DNA of 62,998 nucleotides, filler included, from Choristocarpus tenellus KU-1152 (Eukaryota; Protista; Phaeophyceae), in the NCBI GenBank assembly GCA_964200185.2. It is 8 parts of 8 records of this genome, joined end to end, with 100 filler letters (N's around TTAATTAATTAA, not from the genome) between each part and the next. Parts side by side here need not be neighbours in the genome. Positions count along the whole stretch, not along the records: positions 1 to 8,775 come from CAXNAD020004344.1; positions 8,876 to 21,232 come from CAXNAD020001865.1; 6 more parts are not named here. One strand, written 5' to 3'. The position numbers and the translations under genes are program-made. The notes beneath the pieces are model-generated. The model did not search any database. It was not told the origin of the DNA and saw nothing but the letters and a program-made list of their open reading frames with translations. Below are positions 1-11,900 of the stretch, piece after piece. Each line of letters starts with the position of its first letter. The first letter of the stretch is position 1.

Positions 1-385
1 GTGTAGACCCCCCCCCCCCCACAGATACTTTGGGTCATATAGACCATCCCATAATTAATGGCATGATGCAATATTTTGGGTAATAGAATCGCTTATGTGT
101 CAATAGAACCAATTCCCTCTGTATTGAACAGTGCCCCAACATTTGGTGTTTGGGGGGATGTGGAAAGGGTGACCTGTCGCCACTGGAAAATTTGGGGTTA
201 AGTCAGCAACTGCCATCTTAACAATTAGTCATCCAGACAGACGGTATGTGTATGAGAAATCTGTGGCTATATGTAAAGGGTTTTTGTACCTTCACCATCA
301 GAGAGGTTTGCCATCATCACTATTAGGCGCAGTTCATCTCCAGTGCTAACCCAACAGCAGCAATATTTGCTGTACTGCTGCTCAC

Positions 386-3300
386 CTTGTCCTCCAACAC
401 CTTCCAGCGATTCTTCCTTTCCCGCTCCTCCCTATTTGCCTCCTCTTTAAGCTGTAGTTTGTTGTTGTCCAAGAAAGAAAATGAGGGCAAGTGAGCAGAA
501 ACCATTATGCCGCCTCAGTGAATACAAAGAGTGAGGGATACACTAATGTGCAGACAGAAACCCCAGCAAAAATGTTACAGCATCACATCTACAGGACACA
601 AAGGTATATACGTTCGAAATAGGTCTCACCGATGAAGTTCATAGTAAAACAATACTGGGTAAAGCAATAACAGAGCGTAGAGAAGCAATTGACTCAAGCG
701 TCAGCGGAAGAAAGGCACTGGATATGAAAGTACAAAAGGAGAGAAGACAGAGAGAGGCATTACAAATTGGGGAGAGAGAAAGAAATACCTTGCCAGCCCT
801 AAAGACACCCCTCGAAGGTTGTATTGATTTTACATCTAGTAGCTCTGTCTCGTTGATCCACCCGCACTGATCTGAAACCACCATTATTGACCTAAAACAA
901 TTAATGCGATCTGGATAGTTCTTCGAACTATTGTCTTGATACCCCATTGTTGACAGGGATCTCAGCTTGAAGAAGAAGCACAGCAATTGAGTTATATAGA
1001 ACAAGCACTGCTTTTCCTTTATCACTAGCAACCAATTCTTACACTCTCCTTCCCCTGCCCCCTTCCCCCCTCCCTAGCACTCAGCCTTGCCTTGGACTGC
1101 AGTCGTTGCCGTTCCTTCTCGATAGCATCGGACTGCCTAGCTTTCTCCTCCCAGGTGCTCTTCATTGCAGCCTCCATCTCTGCAATCTGTTGCGTGTACC
1201 TAATGCAAAGGGATTGGGAGAGCATTCAAAGGTGTGGTTAGGAGAAGGGGAATTTGGAAGAGTTTCGAAAGTGCAATGACAATCTTGATGGTCAAGGTTA
1301 ATAATAAATTGATTCGCAAGCTTTTTGTAACCATCATGGGGATAATGAGGGTAGAATGGGTAGTATACTCGGCAGTGTCTCTACAGCTGCTTCATTTTTT
1401 GAAGTCTACTGGGGCAAAAGGATGGAGGAGGCAGGAGTGGAAAGACCATGCATTGTTACAGAGCAAGTGTAGATCACTGGTGGCAACTACCAGAAAGAAA
1501 TGTCGAAGCTGTGGAAACATTGCTCTGCATGGTCAAATTGTTGTGGAAGCACTGCTTGAGGTTCTGAAGAGGGAACTGTTGCGCAGAGAGGCACTCAGTC
1601 TTGGTTGGTATGCACTACCAGCTGTTACATTCATGCTGATGTTGTGGTGACAGTATTTTGAGTACAGTGTTGAATACTTCTTTGACAGTCTTGTCTGGGC
1701 TCACCCTTCTCCCCTGAAACCACCTAAGAGCCAAATTTCATATATATTTCCATTGTTCAGGGCAGGGAAAGCGATTGGCCAAGGCACTGGAATAAATATC
1801 CACCCCCTTACCCCTGTAAGAAGATAGTGTACCTATCTTGTAATATGAAATCAATCCTAATCACAACTTTGCATAGTCTTCCCGACTCCCTCTAACTCAA
1901 AGCATCATGTGAAAATCCTCCCAACCATAATCCACACACCCGCTAAGTCATTAGGAGATGTGGAAACTCAAATTGCCTCCCTACATTGGTGATTCCTTAC
2001 GCAGCTGCCACTGTGCAAGCAACAAATCAACAATTGAAGAAATGCTGCTAATCATAGGCAGGGACTCAACCCCCGACTCACAAGGAACCATCCCAAGAGG
2101 AATTATTAAAAGGGAGTTTTTGAATACCCAATTGCTTAGGATCATATAATTTTGCTAGTTGTTAATAGATAACCTAGAGCAACGTTCTCGTTCAGCGATA
2201 AAGGTGGGGGCTATCTGTGTGGATTTCGCAGGTTTCAACCCCCTCAACACTAGAGTTCATTTCCAGGAAGTTTGGTCTAGTTTATTCCATTACAAGTAGC
2301 AAGCACAATGGAATGTACACCTGTATGTTGCTATACCACAAAAAACAAAGACCAAGGTCAAGATGGAAACTTCATAGCAGATACGAGACAAGATTCAAGG
2401 GAGGAGACTGAGCGGCAAGCAATGGGAGCACTGAACACAACTTACAAGAAGCAAGGCAGGAGCGGAGGCATTACAACTAGTTGTAGTGCAACAACTAGTC
2501 CGTAGTAGCTGGTATGGAGTGAAATTATCTTAGAGGGTACGATTTTTACCCTGTTTGTCCATTTGGGGCTTGGCTTTCCATGTTTTCTTTATGACATTTT
2601 CCTACTCCAAAATATTTCGAGTAGGACAAATGTATACGTTATGAAAAGGTGTGTCCGGAACAAGGATATTGACACATCCTAACAAACACTATAGCTAAAA
2701 CTCCATCAAAATCGCAACATTGGATTGTGGCCCCCAAATTGACGCGGATCTACCCTCTAAGATACTTTGGCTCATGAGAAGTAATGCAGTGTTGTGTCGG
2801 GGTCATCCCTATCTAATGTGATGTAAAAAGAATAGTAGAAATAGATGCTCGAGTGAAATAACACAGAATGAGGATTCTGTCTTGAACCCTTTTGATCATA
2901 TGCTATGCACATATTAAGGTGTAGAGGTAAGTGGGGCTTTCAAATGTGACACATAGTGCAATCCTTTTCCTGTCTCCCAAACTTGCGACCTTGGATGTGA
3001 TTGATTGGAATTGAGCTTTACATCCACCGAGAGTGGGTGCACAATCGAGCACAGGCAGTACCTCCACACCAATGCAGAGAGGTGATATGCTGGGGACAAG
3101 ATATGAAATGGAACTGCCAACCCACCTGTCCTCTCCACTGATCAAGGTTCTCTCTCCTTCTTTCCCACTGCCCCCACTCCTCTCTCCAACACTTCCAATG
3201 CCTCTGGACCCACCCACCCCTGCCTGTGAATTCAGCTTGTCTTTTAGGATGCGGATCTCCTCGTTGAGTCTGCTTATCTGAGATGCCTCTTCATTCTTCA

Positions 3301-5668
3301 CTGCATTCACCTGGGGGTCACACCAAGACAAACGAGGTAGAAGAGGTTGCAAAGGGGGTGCATGGTGATATCTCAATGTGAAACAGACTATCACATTGCT
3401 TGTAATATCCATCACATTAGCTACTAACAATTTTCTTGATGATACCACAAGCAAGAAATTGAAGGAGAAGATGGGGCAGCAACAGTATTGTAGCAACAAC
3501 CTGCTTAGGAGCACATGATGATGCAAACCTGTCCTCTTCATATTGAGCAGAAGCAACACCAATAGCACTTTCAGATACAACTTCCTTGCTCAACAAAATT
3601 CATAGTTTTTCCTTGGTGAAGACTCTTCTTGGTGAATGTGAACAGGATTTCTTAATGCCATGTCTTGGTCCAACCATCATACCACACACAAGAAAAAGTC
3701 CACATTCCAAAGTTCAGTGAATTTGTGCCTCTACTATTATGACCCCCTTCAGTTTTTCCCTACTCCAACACCTTGATAGACTTGGCTCTGCTGGCATAAT
3801 TGAGGGTGCTGAGTGTCTCCTCAAAGTTGCAGGCAGCAGGAGACAATGCAGCAATCATCGTCGTGAGTGAGTTGCCCCCCAATGACTCCTGTAGTGCCCG
3901 AGTAAGCTTTGAGTTACGGTAGGGTACAAAGACTCCTTTCTTGCCTTTGCCCACTTCAACCAGTGCATTGATCACATTTCCAAGACTGAAAAACGGGGAA
4001 GGGTTCCAGGACGGAGATTCATCAGTGCTGGAGAATGTTTTGTCCACCTTGATTTATAAAACGTCCATTCAATTTTTTCAAGTGGTTTCCTCTTGACCAA
4101 AGCCACTAAAGGAGGTGCATGGATAAGAAACATACCTACTATCTTAAAGAAGTTGAGGGTTAAATATCAGAGCTTAGGACCCAAAGCATTTAAGAGGGTA
4201 GGAGTTTTGCCCTATTTGTCCGTTCAGGGCTTGGCTTCCCACGGGTTGTTATGCCCTTTTTCGGTTTTCTGTGTCAACACTAACCCTAACCCTAAAATGT
4301 ATACGACTATGAAAAGTGTGTCCGGAGCAAGGATGTTAACACTTCCAAACAAACACAATAGCCAAAATTAATTAAAATCGCAACATTGGATTTGTGATCC
4401 TGAACAGACGCAGTCCTACCCTCTTCAATGCTTTGAGTCTACGTTTTATACTATTCAAAAAATAAAAAGTGGGCCATACCTTCTTGACACTGTTCATGAG
4501 CCCACTAAACAATCGCCAAAAGGGCTTCTCCTCTCCTCTGATATACTGGAGTATAAGTGAGCAGCTCATAGCAGTTGCACTTCACAAATGGATACTTTGA
4601 CTTTGGTGAATCTTCGCTGAGACAAAAAAATGATACAATACCGTCCTTGAAGTACAACAATGCTATTTGGCTCATACAGAGTACTAGGTAAAGTAGCAAA
4701 GATCTTCTATGTCGATTACAATTTTGGAAATGTCAATAAATTCTGACTGATGAACTGTTCTGAAAGACTAGGAACCTTATGTTCTATTTGATCGATCTTG
4801 CTATCATATGTAAGGCAAGACCAACCTATTTGGTTTGAAGCTTATCATATGCAAACTCAAAGTGTGTTGCCACCCGAACATGTTGGATAATATCTTGTCA
4901 GAGCGGTGGCAACATAACTGCTTAGGTGCCAATAAAGCAAAGAGCACTTGGGGTAGAACCGTCAATTGTTGCGCATCATTTTTTGAGTTCCTTGAGGTAA
5001 GTCATCAGCTCGGTTAATGATTTCTCAGAACCACAGGGCTAGAGGGATCTTGCCACCGCCATAACTACCACACAAAATACATGTTGAATGAGCATTACAA
5101 GATTCCATTACATAGGTATCTTCAAAAGACTGCTAGGTTCATCAAGCCCGAAGTACTCCGGATCAACCCATCGTTCAAAACAGAGCAACTTGCATACACT
5201 CAGAATGGTTTTGGAACATTTATGGTTGTGCCTTGGTGTATGATCCAAGTTCTTGTCTTCAATGACCCAAACTATCTGGGGGGGTGGGGGGAGTCTACCC
5301 GAGAATGTCCATTTTGGACCAAAATCAGGAAGAGTGCATTTGCATTATCCATCCGACGTATGGTAGCAAAATCACCCAAAAATCGTGATGTGAAAAAATT
5401 GACCCCAAATGGACAGTCGCCACCCCCTCCCAGATACTTTGAGCCAATGGCCTCGAAAATGGCAAGTAAATTCACAATGATCTCAAACAATGAAACAAAC
5501 CAGTGACTCAAAGTATCTGGGAGAGGAGGGGGGGGTCTACACCAGAGTGTCCATTTGGGCCCTGACCAGGAGAAGTGCACGTACATTATCCATCTGATAC
5601 ATGCAACCAAATTCGCCCAAAAATCGAAACATGGAAAAATGGGACCTGAATGGCCAGCGGCCACCCCC

Positions 5669-5706
<38 letters not shown>

Positions 5707-8040
5707 CCCCCCACCACCCCCAAGACTTCCAAAACAAAAACAAACANNNNNNNNNNATGGGACCTGAATGGCCAGCGGCCACCCCCACCCCCCACCCACC
5801 CCCCCCCCAGATTCTTTGAACCTGTAGAAGAACTATGGGTCTGTTAAAAACAAAAAATAACTTTTTTTTCCAGCAAACATTTTCACCTATGATACTAAAT
5901 TTTTTCCCTTCACCTGTCCCTTGAGGCATGTAAATTTTCTGCATTAATTGCTCACACGCATATACCTCCCTCAAACAGGCTGTACATATGCACCCCTTCA
6001 CAGCTTGAATAAGTCAGGAAACGTACCTGCTGAGGCTCTTGTTAATATTTGCCCCCTCCTTTAACCTTGCACCTGTCGCTCCTGTGGACTTAGCCCTCTC
6101 TGACCCTGCTAGATCAACCAAATTGATCTTTGCAAAAGTGCTGCTGGACTCGTCCGTCGTGTCTTTCTGATGCACCTTTACGAAGCATAAAAGATTGGGG
6201 GGTTGGAAGCACGGATAAAGAGGAGATGCTGAGGGAGGAAATACTGCTGGGACAAGCTCTCATTCTCAACCTATGTGAAAAAAGAAGAAAAACACTCTGA
6301 AATTTTTTTTTAACCCTGCAGGTTGTGTAGGCAACAACAAGTGCGATTTCTTGTTCGTTTCTCCATCTAATTCACACTGCTCTCTGGAAACATCGGACGG
6401 TGTTGGATGTCCTTCCTCTCCAATGAGAATATTTTTAGGGTACTTGCATCACTGGTCTGCCCAAAAACCATACCCCGCATCTTCTGCTTTGCAGCGGCAC
6501 CAAGGTTCAAGCATTGCGGGTAGTATGATCATGATGCTGCTAGCTGCTGATGCAGCTGGTGTTAGGAGGGCATACAGTAGAAAAGCTTGTTCGTGGGGAT
6601 TTCCTCATGAGGCAAGACCTCCACATCATCAAGAATCTCTACCTTGAGAGAGTCCCTGCATCATTACACTTAGGGTCACGACTTCTCCTCCCTTCCCCAT
6701 TTTCCCTCTTCCCATTGCATCTGGAACGCCCATGGTCACAAACTAGCAACTTATGTATCAATTTAAGTACAGCAATGTTGGTGCCATGCCCTGATGTATG
6801 GAATCTGGACATATACTTGTCTGCTCCATACTAAATCTTAAGAGATTATCTAGTACAAGACTATCACTGCTGTGCACATGTGTTTTACTGCAACAAATAA
6901 CATGTGGAACAGGGTCCAGACATATGGTGTTTCTATGTTCCAAGCAATAAAGACCCTGGGTTTGGTTGGACAAGAGGAGGATAGACGCATGCTAATAGCA
7001 CCTGATACTCTCTACGTATCAAAAGAAAAAAGAAAATCAACAAATTGGCGTAGGTATGGAGGGAATCTTTCACTCTCTTAGAAAGAGGCAGTACTTAGCA
7101 GAAGCTCTCATTATTATTTAGCAGCTGGTGTAGAGGACACTGAATAGTGTCACCTTGATGGTAAGCACGCTGTGACTGCGACTGCTAGTGGCGTTCATGG
7201 CTGTGCTCCCAATTGTGCGACTGGCCATGCCCTGGTCGATTAGCCGCTGCATCTTCTCTGGAGAGTCCACCACCTATAATAAGGTTGGTGTTCCCAAATA
7301 GATAGTATGCGGGGTGAGGGGCGGGCAACCAGGCAGGGGGGATGAGGGAGTGGGCATGTGCACATGCACAAGCACACATGTATATGTTGGTATCAAACTT
7401 GGAGCAATATCAAGATGAAAGGTCTTGGGGAGATTGCCATGCGAATGAACCCTATTGGGCATCCCTTTTTTTTCGGGCATCTCAATTCTGCCAAGTGTAT
7501 CCCCGAAACCCTCCAAACTTGTTGTGATCTTACTTGTGGAGCTGCAAATAATGGTTCATTATTTTTTTATTGGGGTAACTCTTCCTACTGTGCACGGCTG
7601 AATCCAACTGCATCCAATGGTAACGTTTTGTGCTGAGGATCAGGAGGGATGTTGCGGCCTTTACGATGGTGCAAGGGCAGTACAGTGGTGTGTGTCCAAG
7701 ATATAAAAAAATTGCATGACTAAGGGGAAAAAGGGATGTTGCAGGGTTAATGTATCCCGTTGAACCAATGCAGCAAACTATCCAGTCTTTTTCGTTCTTG
7801 CAATTTTTTGCTCTGTATGCAAAATTGCCCTACTCCTAACCCTTAACAATGAGTTTCATGGCCAGCACATACTCTCAACAGAGGACATATGAAACAACAA
7901 CAATGTTTTTCTTAGTCATGTGCACAACTCACAATCTCCTGCAGACCCTTTACATAGATTCCCAGCACACCATGCTCCCTGATCTCCAGTCCGGCCCCCT
8001 TCTTCTTCCGGTTGTCAGGGTCTAGGAGATCGTATATTAC
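386..8040 (-). CDS. Kinesin motor protein (probably kinesin-3-like), partial, 7 exons: 7933-8040, 7154-7273, 6027-6175, 3772-3985, 3126-3310, 1091-1199, 386-451
   Basis: Spliced translation gives [16 protein letters not shown], switch [10 protein letters not shown], switch [47 protein letters not shown] and [19 protein letters not shown], then neck and coiled coil. Exon phases are compatible. The P-loop exon lies outside the contig. Confidence 0.93.
2517..2773 (+). mobile_element. MITE type B (~257 bp), TSD ATG
   Basis: TIR GAGTGAAATTATCTTAGAGGGTA...TACCCTCTAAGATACTTTGGCTC, flanked by atg/atg. Confidence 0.85.
4178..4439 (+). mobile_element. MITE type B variant (CAAAGCATTTAAGAGGGTAG termini)
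   Basis: TIRs GACCCAAAGCATT...AATGCTTTGAGTC; interior homologous to the other B copies. Confidence 0.8.
5264..5445 (+). mobile_element. MITE type A (~180 bp), TSD AAT
   Basis: GACCCAAACTATCTGGGGG...CCCAGATACTTTGAGCC, flanked by aat/aat. Confidence 0.85.
5505..5822 (+). mobile_element. MITE type A spanning a 10-N gap with duplicated flank
   Basis: Same termini as the other A copies; the segment at 5639 is repeated at 5757 across the gap. Confidence 0.75.
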
Positions 8041-8500
8041 CTGGTAGGTTAGCACCAGCACATACAGTTGGACAAACAAAAAAAACATCTGGAAGGGAGT
8101 TGAAAGACACATCTACCTTTTTTTTTCACCTTAAAAGGGGTTAGAAGGCCACAGACAGCTGATGCAACAAAGATCACCTGGCACGCAAGTGTATCTTGGA
8201 AAGCAAACACATGTCTGACTGTGTTTGCAGTCTTCCTGTGCAGTCTGTGAGGGATAAAGTCTTTGTGGGACTACACGGTTGCATGCCCAGTAGATTTTGA
8301 GCACAATCAAGTACCTGAAAGAATTATTGTTTGGCGTCTCTGTCCACCTGCTCCATTTTTATTCTTGCTCCAAGTATCTGGTCAACAATTGACTGCCTAA
8401 TGATTCTACCACCAAACAGCATAGCTATTCTTGCCCACTACTTCTAAGCATATAGTTTCCTGTCTCTAGATGAAATAATGAGCTTGAGTGTGGAAACTTT

Positions 8501-8672
8501 GGCTCAAAGTATCTGGGGGGGGTGGCAGCTGCCCGTTCAAGGCCCATTTTTCTAGGTCACAATTTTTGTGTGATTTGGTTGCATGCATCGGATAGATAAT
8601 GTAAGTGCACTTCTCCTGGTCAGGGCCCGAATGGACACCATGAGGTAGACCCCCCCCCAGATACTTTGAGCC
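8501..8672 (-). mobile_element. MITE type A, TSD TTT (further partial copies at 1-36, 8720-8775, 8876-8902)
   Basis: GGCTCAAAGTATCTGGGG...CCCCAGATACTTTGAGCC, flanked by ttt/ttt. Confidence 0.85.
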
Positions 8673-8775
8673 TTTAACTCTGAGTGAAACTCCTTTTTGG
8701 AGGGGGGACTGGTAGCGGTGGATCAAAGTATCTGGGGGGGGGGCGACTGTCCATTTGGGGTCCATTTTTCAAGTC

Positions 8776-8875
8776 NNNNNNNNNNNNNNNNNNNNNNNNN
8801 NNNNNNNNNNNNNNNNNNNTTAATTAATTAANNNNNNNNNNNNNNNNNNNNNNNNNNNNNNNNNNNNNNNNNNNN
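8776..8875. other. Artificial contig linker N44-TTAATTAATTAA-N44; identical linkers at 21233-21332, 33040-33139, 46095-46194, 51350-51449, 56219-56318, 59451-59550
   Basis: An identical 100-nt spacer with stop codons in all six frames recurs seven times, and genes are truncated at these points. Confidence 0.97.
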
Positions 8876-8922
8876 CCCCCCTCCCCCCAGATACTTTGAG
8901 CCAGACACACACTGCCTCTCAC

Positions 8923-11900
8923 CCTTAAACCGTGCAGGGCCACGTACAATCATCCGCCCGCTATGGTCCACCGTTATCACCCTGTCTCCAGCAACCACCA
9001 TGCACGACACACAGTCATTGTGGGAAATGAAGCCGATCCCTGTGTGATGTCTTATCTCCACCCGTCTAGACATGGCGACAGGATTAGGTAACATCTGAAA
9101 CGTTTTGATTGCAGATTTCTCTGCAGTAAACTTCTTGTCCATCTCTAGGGACACAATCCCGTTTTCTTTTGAACTACAGCTTTTCTTCGACCTCTCCACC
9201 ACACCTGAGCCCATCTCAGATCCTGTCCCAACCCCACCGTGGGCTTCATATTCAGAAATTTCTAGTCTTGGGGCTCTAAAAGTAGGATTCTCAGAGCTGT
9301 GCCTACCTGATATTAATGAGGGAGAACAAACCTGACTGCCAGGAGAAGTTGGGGCATGTGAATTTGTAACGGACATTGCATTGGAGTTGCCCCTTGGCTC
9401 CACCCTTGGCGTGGCATCACCGTTATTGCTGTTTCTACAATTGTCAACCAAATAGTCATTGTTTACAGCTGATTTAGATCTTGGAGTTGGTACTGCTGCA
9501 TTGGGGGGCCTTGGCATGTGTTGCAGGGCGGGGTCTCCAGGTGTGGACAGGATAGGGAGGTCGACCCCATGATACTCTTGAGGAGGATGCCATGTGATGA
9601 TGGAGAGATCTGCACTGGCCGAGAACATGAGACCCTGCATTGAAAGACAGTTCAAGTCACCATGGGAAGTCTTGGCAAGTGAGCACATGAGGGTAAGGAA
9701 GCAGATGATTGAAGTAAAGAGTGGTTGTATTTTCTGCACCAACATGGTATCTATAAAGGAACTATTCAAGGGTTGTGTTATGTGTTAGTTCACTCACTTT
9801 CTTCATGTTGAGGTAATAGTTTACTCTTGACAAGGGACCCACATTGCTGATGAGGTTAGTGTTATATATTATAATGGCAATGGAATTGTGAATTTTCAAC
9901 CCATTCCTTTTGTGATGAGAGGTTACCTTTGTAATTGCCTAAGATATTCCTCAACAGTTTCATCCCACTTTGTAAACATATTCATCTTCAGGGTTATACC
10001 AAAGGGCTAGGTGTATATGTAGAGAGTACAGAAAAAATAATCTTCACATGGTTGAAGTAGAGGGGTGGTAGGAATGCACAGCACAAGTCCATCCCCTTGT
10101 GACAGGATGTAGCCCTCCAAACAGGTGCAGGTGTGTAGTGTGCATGTCTATATGTGAGAATTCATATATGTATGTGTACATGCACATGCATTGTGGGGGG
10201 GGTTTCTAGTCCTTTAACAATGTGTTAATGACCCAAAGCATTTAAGAGGGTAGGCCTGCTTTCATTTGGGATCATAAAACCAATGTTGCAATTTTGATGT
10301 GATTTTGGCTATCATGTATGTTGGCCAGTGTCAACATCCTTGTCCCAGACACATCTTTAATAGCCGTATACATTTTAGGTAACTGTGTAAACACAAAAAA
10401 CCGAAAAAGGGCAAAACCCCATGGGAAGTTAACTCCAAAACAGAACAAGGCAAAAATCTTGCCGTCAAAAATGCTTTGGGTCAAATGAGGATTGAAGCCA
10501 TCACACCATTATCACCTTTTGCGAAATGCATTGCTTTTGTGCTGCAAACATTATACTGACAATGGTCTACAAGATCGACTAAATGGTGTGCCCATTTCAG
10601 CATATTATTCTCAGATCTTAGAGTTTGGTTTTGGTCGAGCCCTGATGCCAAGCCCTCCAGTATTTCCCAGTCAATTCACATAGAAAATATCAACTGAGCA
10701 GAAGGGGCGGATGCATGGAGTGATTGGTTGATGGAAAGATTTGGTTATGCAACTCATAGAGGTAGTGATTGAAAAACGCGGCACAAAATGCACTGGCACT
10801 CACCTTAACATACTTTATACCAGTCACGGGGCCAGAGTGGATGGAGAACTGTCCCACCTGAGTCAACCCTACCACCTGGCCAATGTTTTTGGTGTTCACA
10901 GGATCAATACACAAGCTCACACAAACAAATGCGCCATTGAAGTTCAGGTACATAATTCAGAGTATCAATAATAATGTACTGATGGAGCCAACCCCACAGG
11001 CACGTACATACGACCCAAAGTATCTGGGGGGGGGAGGGGGTCTACACCAGAGTGTCCATTTGGACGAAAACCAGGAAAAGCGCACTTTCATTATCCATCC
11101 AACGTATGGAACCAAATCACCCAAAAATCGCGACATGAAAAAATTGGCGCCAAATGGACTGTCGCCACCTCTGCAGATACTTTGAGCTAGGGTCAAAAAC
11201 GGACGCCGGCACCTCCCTCCTAGATACTCTGACCCATACACACATCCGGATTTGCATAAACATGCCAATACATATGCAAGGCAAAGAGCGGGAGCTTGGA
11301 GAGGGATTGATGAGTCTACTTTATTGACTATTGGTTTTACTGGTGCGATCTGTTTTTGATACAGGAAAGAATTTTCAGCATAAATGATCAATGGGATAGT
11401 GTGAAAGATGTGCATGTCGATACTGTGCTCTTTTGCACTGTTTGACAAAATGTTGCTGATAAAATTTCAAATCCCTACAATGATATCTTCAAACCACATT
11501 TAGAATATTTCTGTAAGTCTCTTTAATTTGGGCTGACTTCAACCAACTTACCAAATAATCACTTGCACTGTCTCCTCTCCCCATGCACTTGTCTCCATCT
11601 TGTACCAAACAAACCCAAAACCCTAGCTGTGACCCTGCTCTCAAGATACATCGATATCATTACTAGTAGACTTTGTCATAACTAATAATGCCTTGTCTCT
11701 CAACATCTTCAATCTCCCCATAACTCCCAATAGGCATTCTACCAGCTTGTAGTACAGTGCACACAACATCCATCGAGGCTCCACGACCATCCCTCACGTC
11801 AATTTCACTGCATCCCATTTCCCAAACCAATGCATGATTCTCACGGAAGTAAATTTATTTTTTCTTTTACAACCCCAATGAAAAACAATATTTTTTCACA

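Noticed and set aside
5637-5800. Tandem duplication around the 10-N gap
   Set aside because: Most likely an unmerged scaffold overlap at a poly-C tract.
5537-6001. Poly-Gly/poly-Pro ORFs (also 51402-51647 and 52887-53247)
   Set aside because: They are translations of G/C homopolymers and MITE sequence next to gaps.
8820-8831. Recurring TTAATTAATTAA palindrome (could resemble piggyBac TTAA sites)
   Set aside because: It is always centred in 88 Ns and is a six-frame stop linker added during concatenation.
10957-11448. Family of short similar ORFs (SKYLGGGG..., MKKLTPNGQ...) recurring across the window
   Set aside because: They are incidental translations of MITE copies, with frames not conserved between copies.
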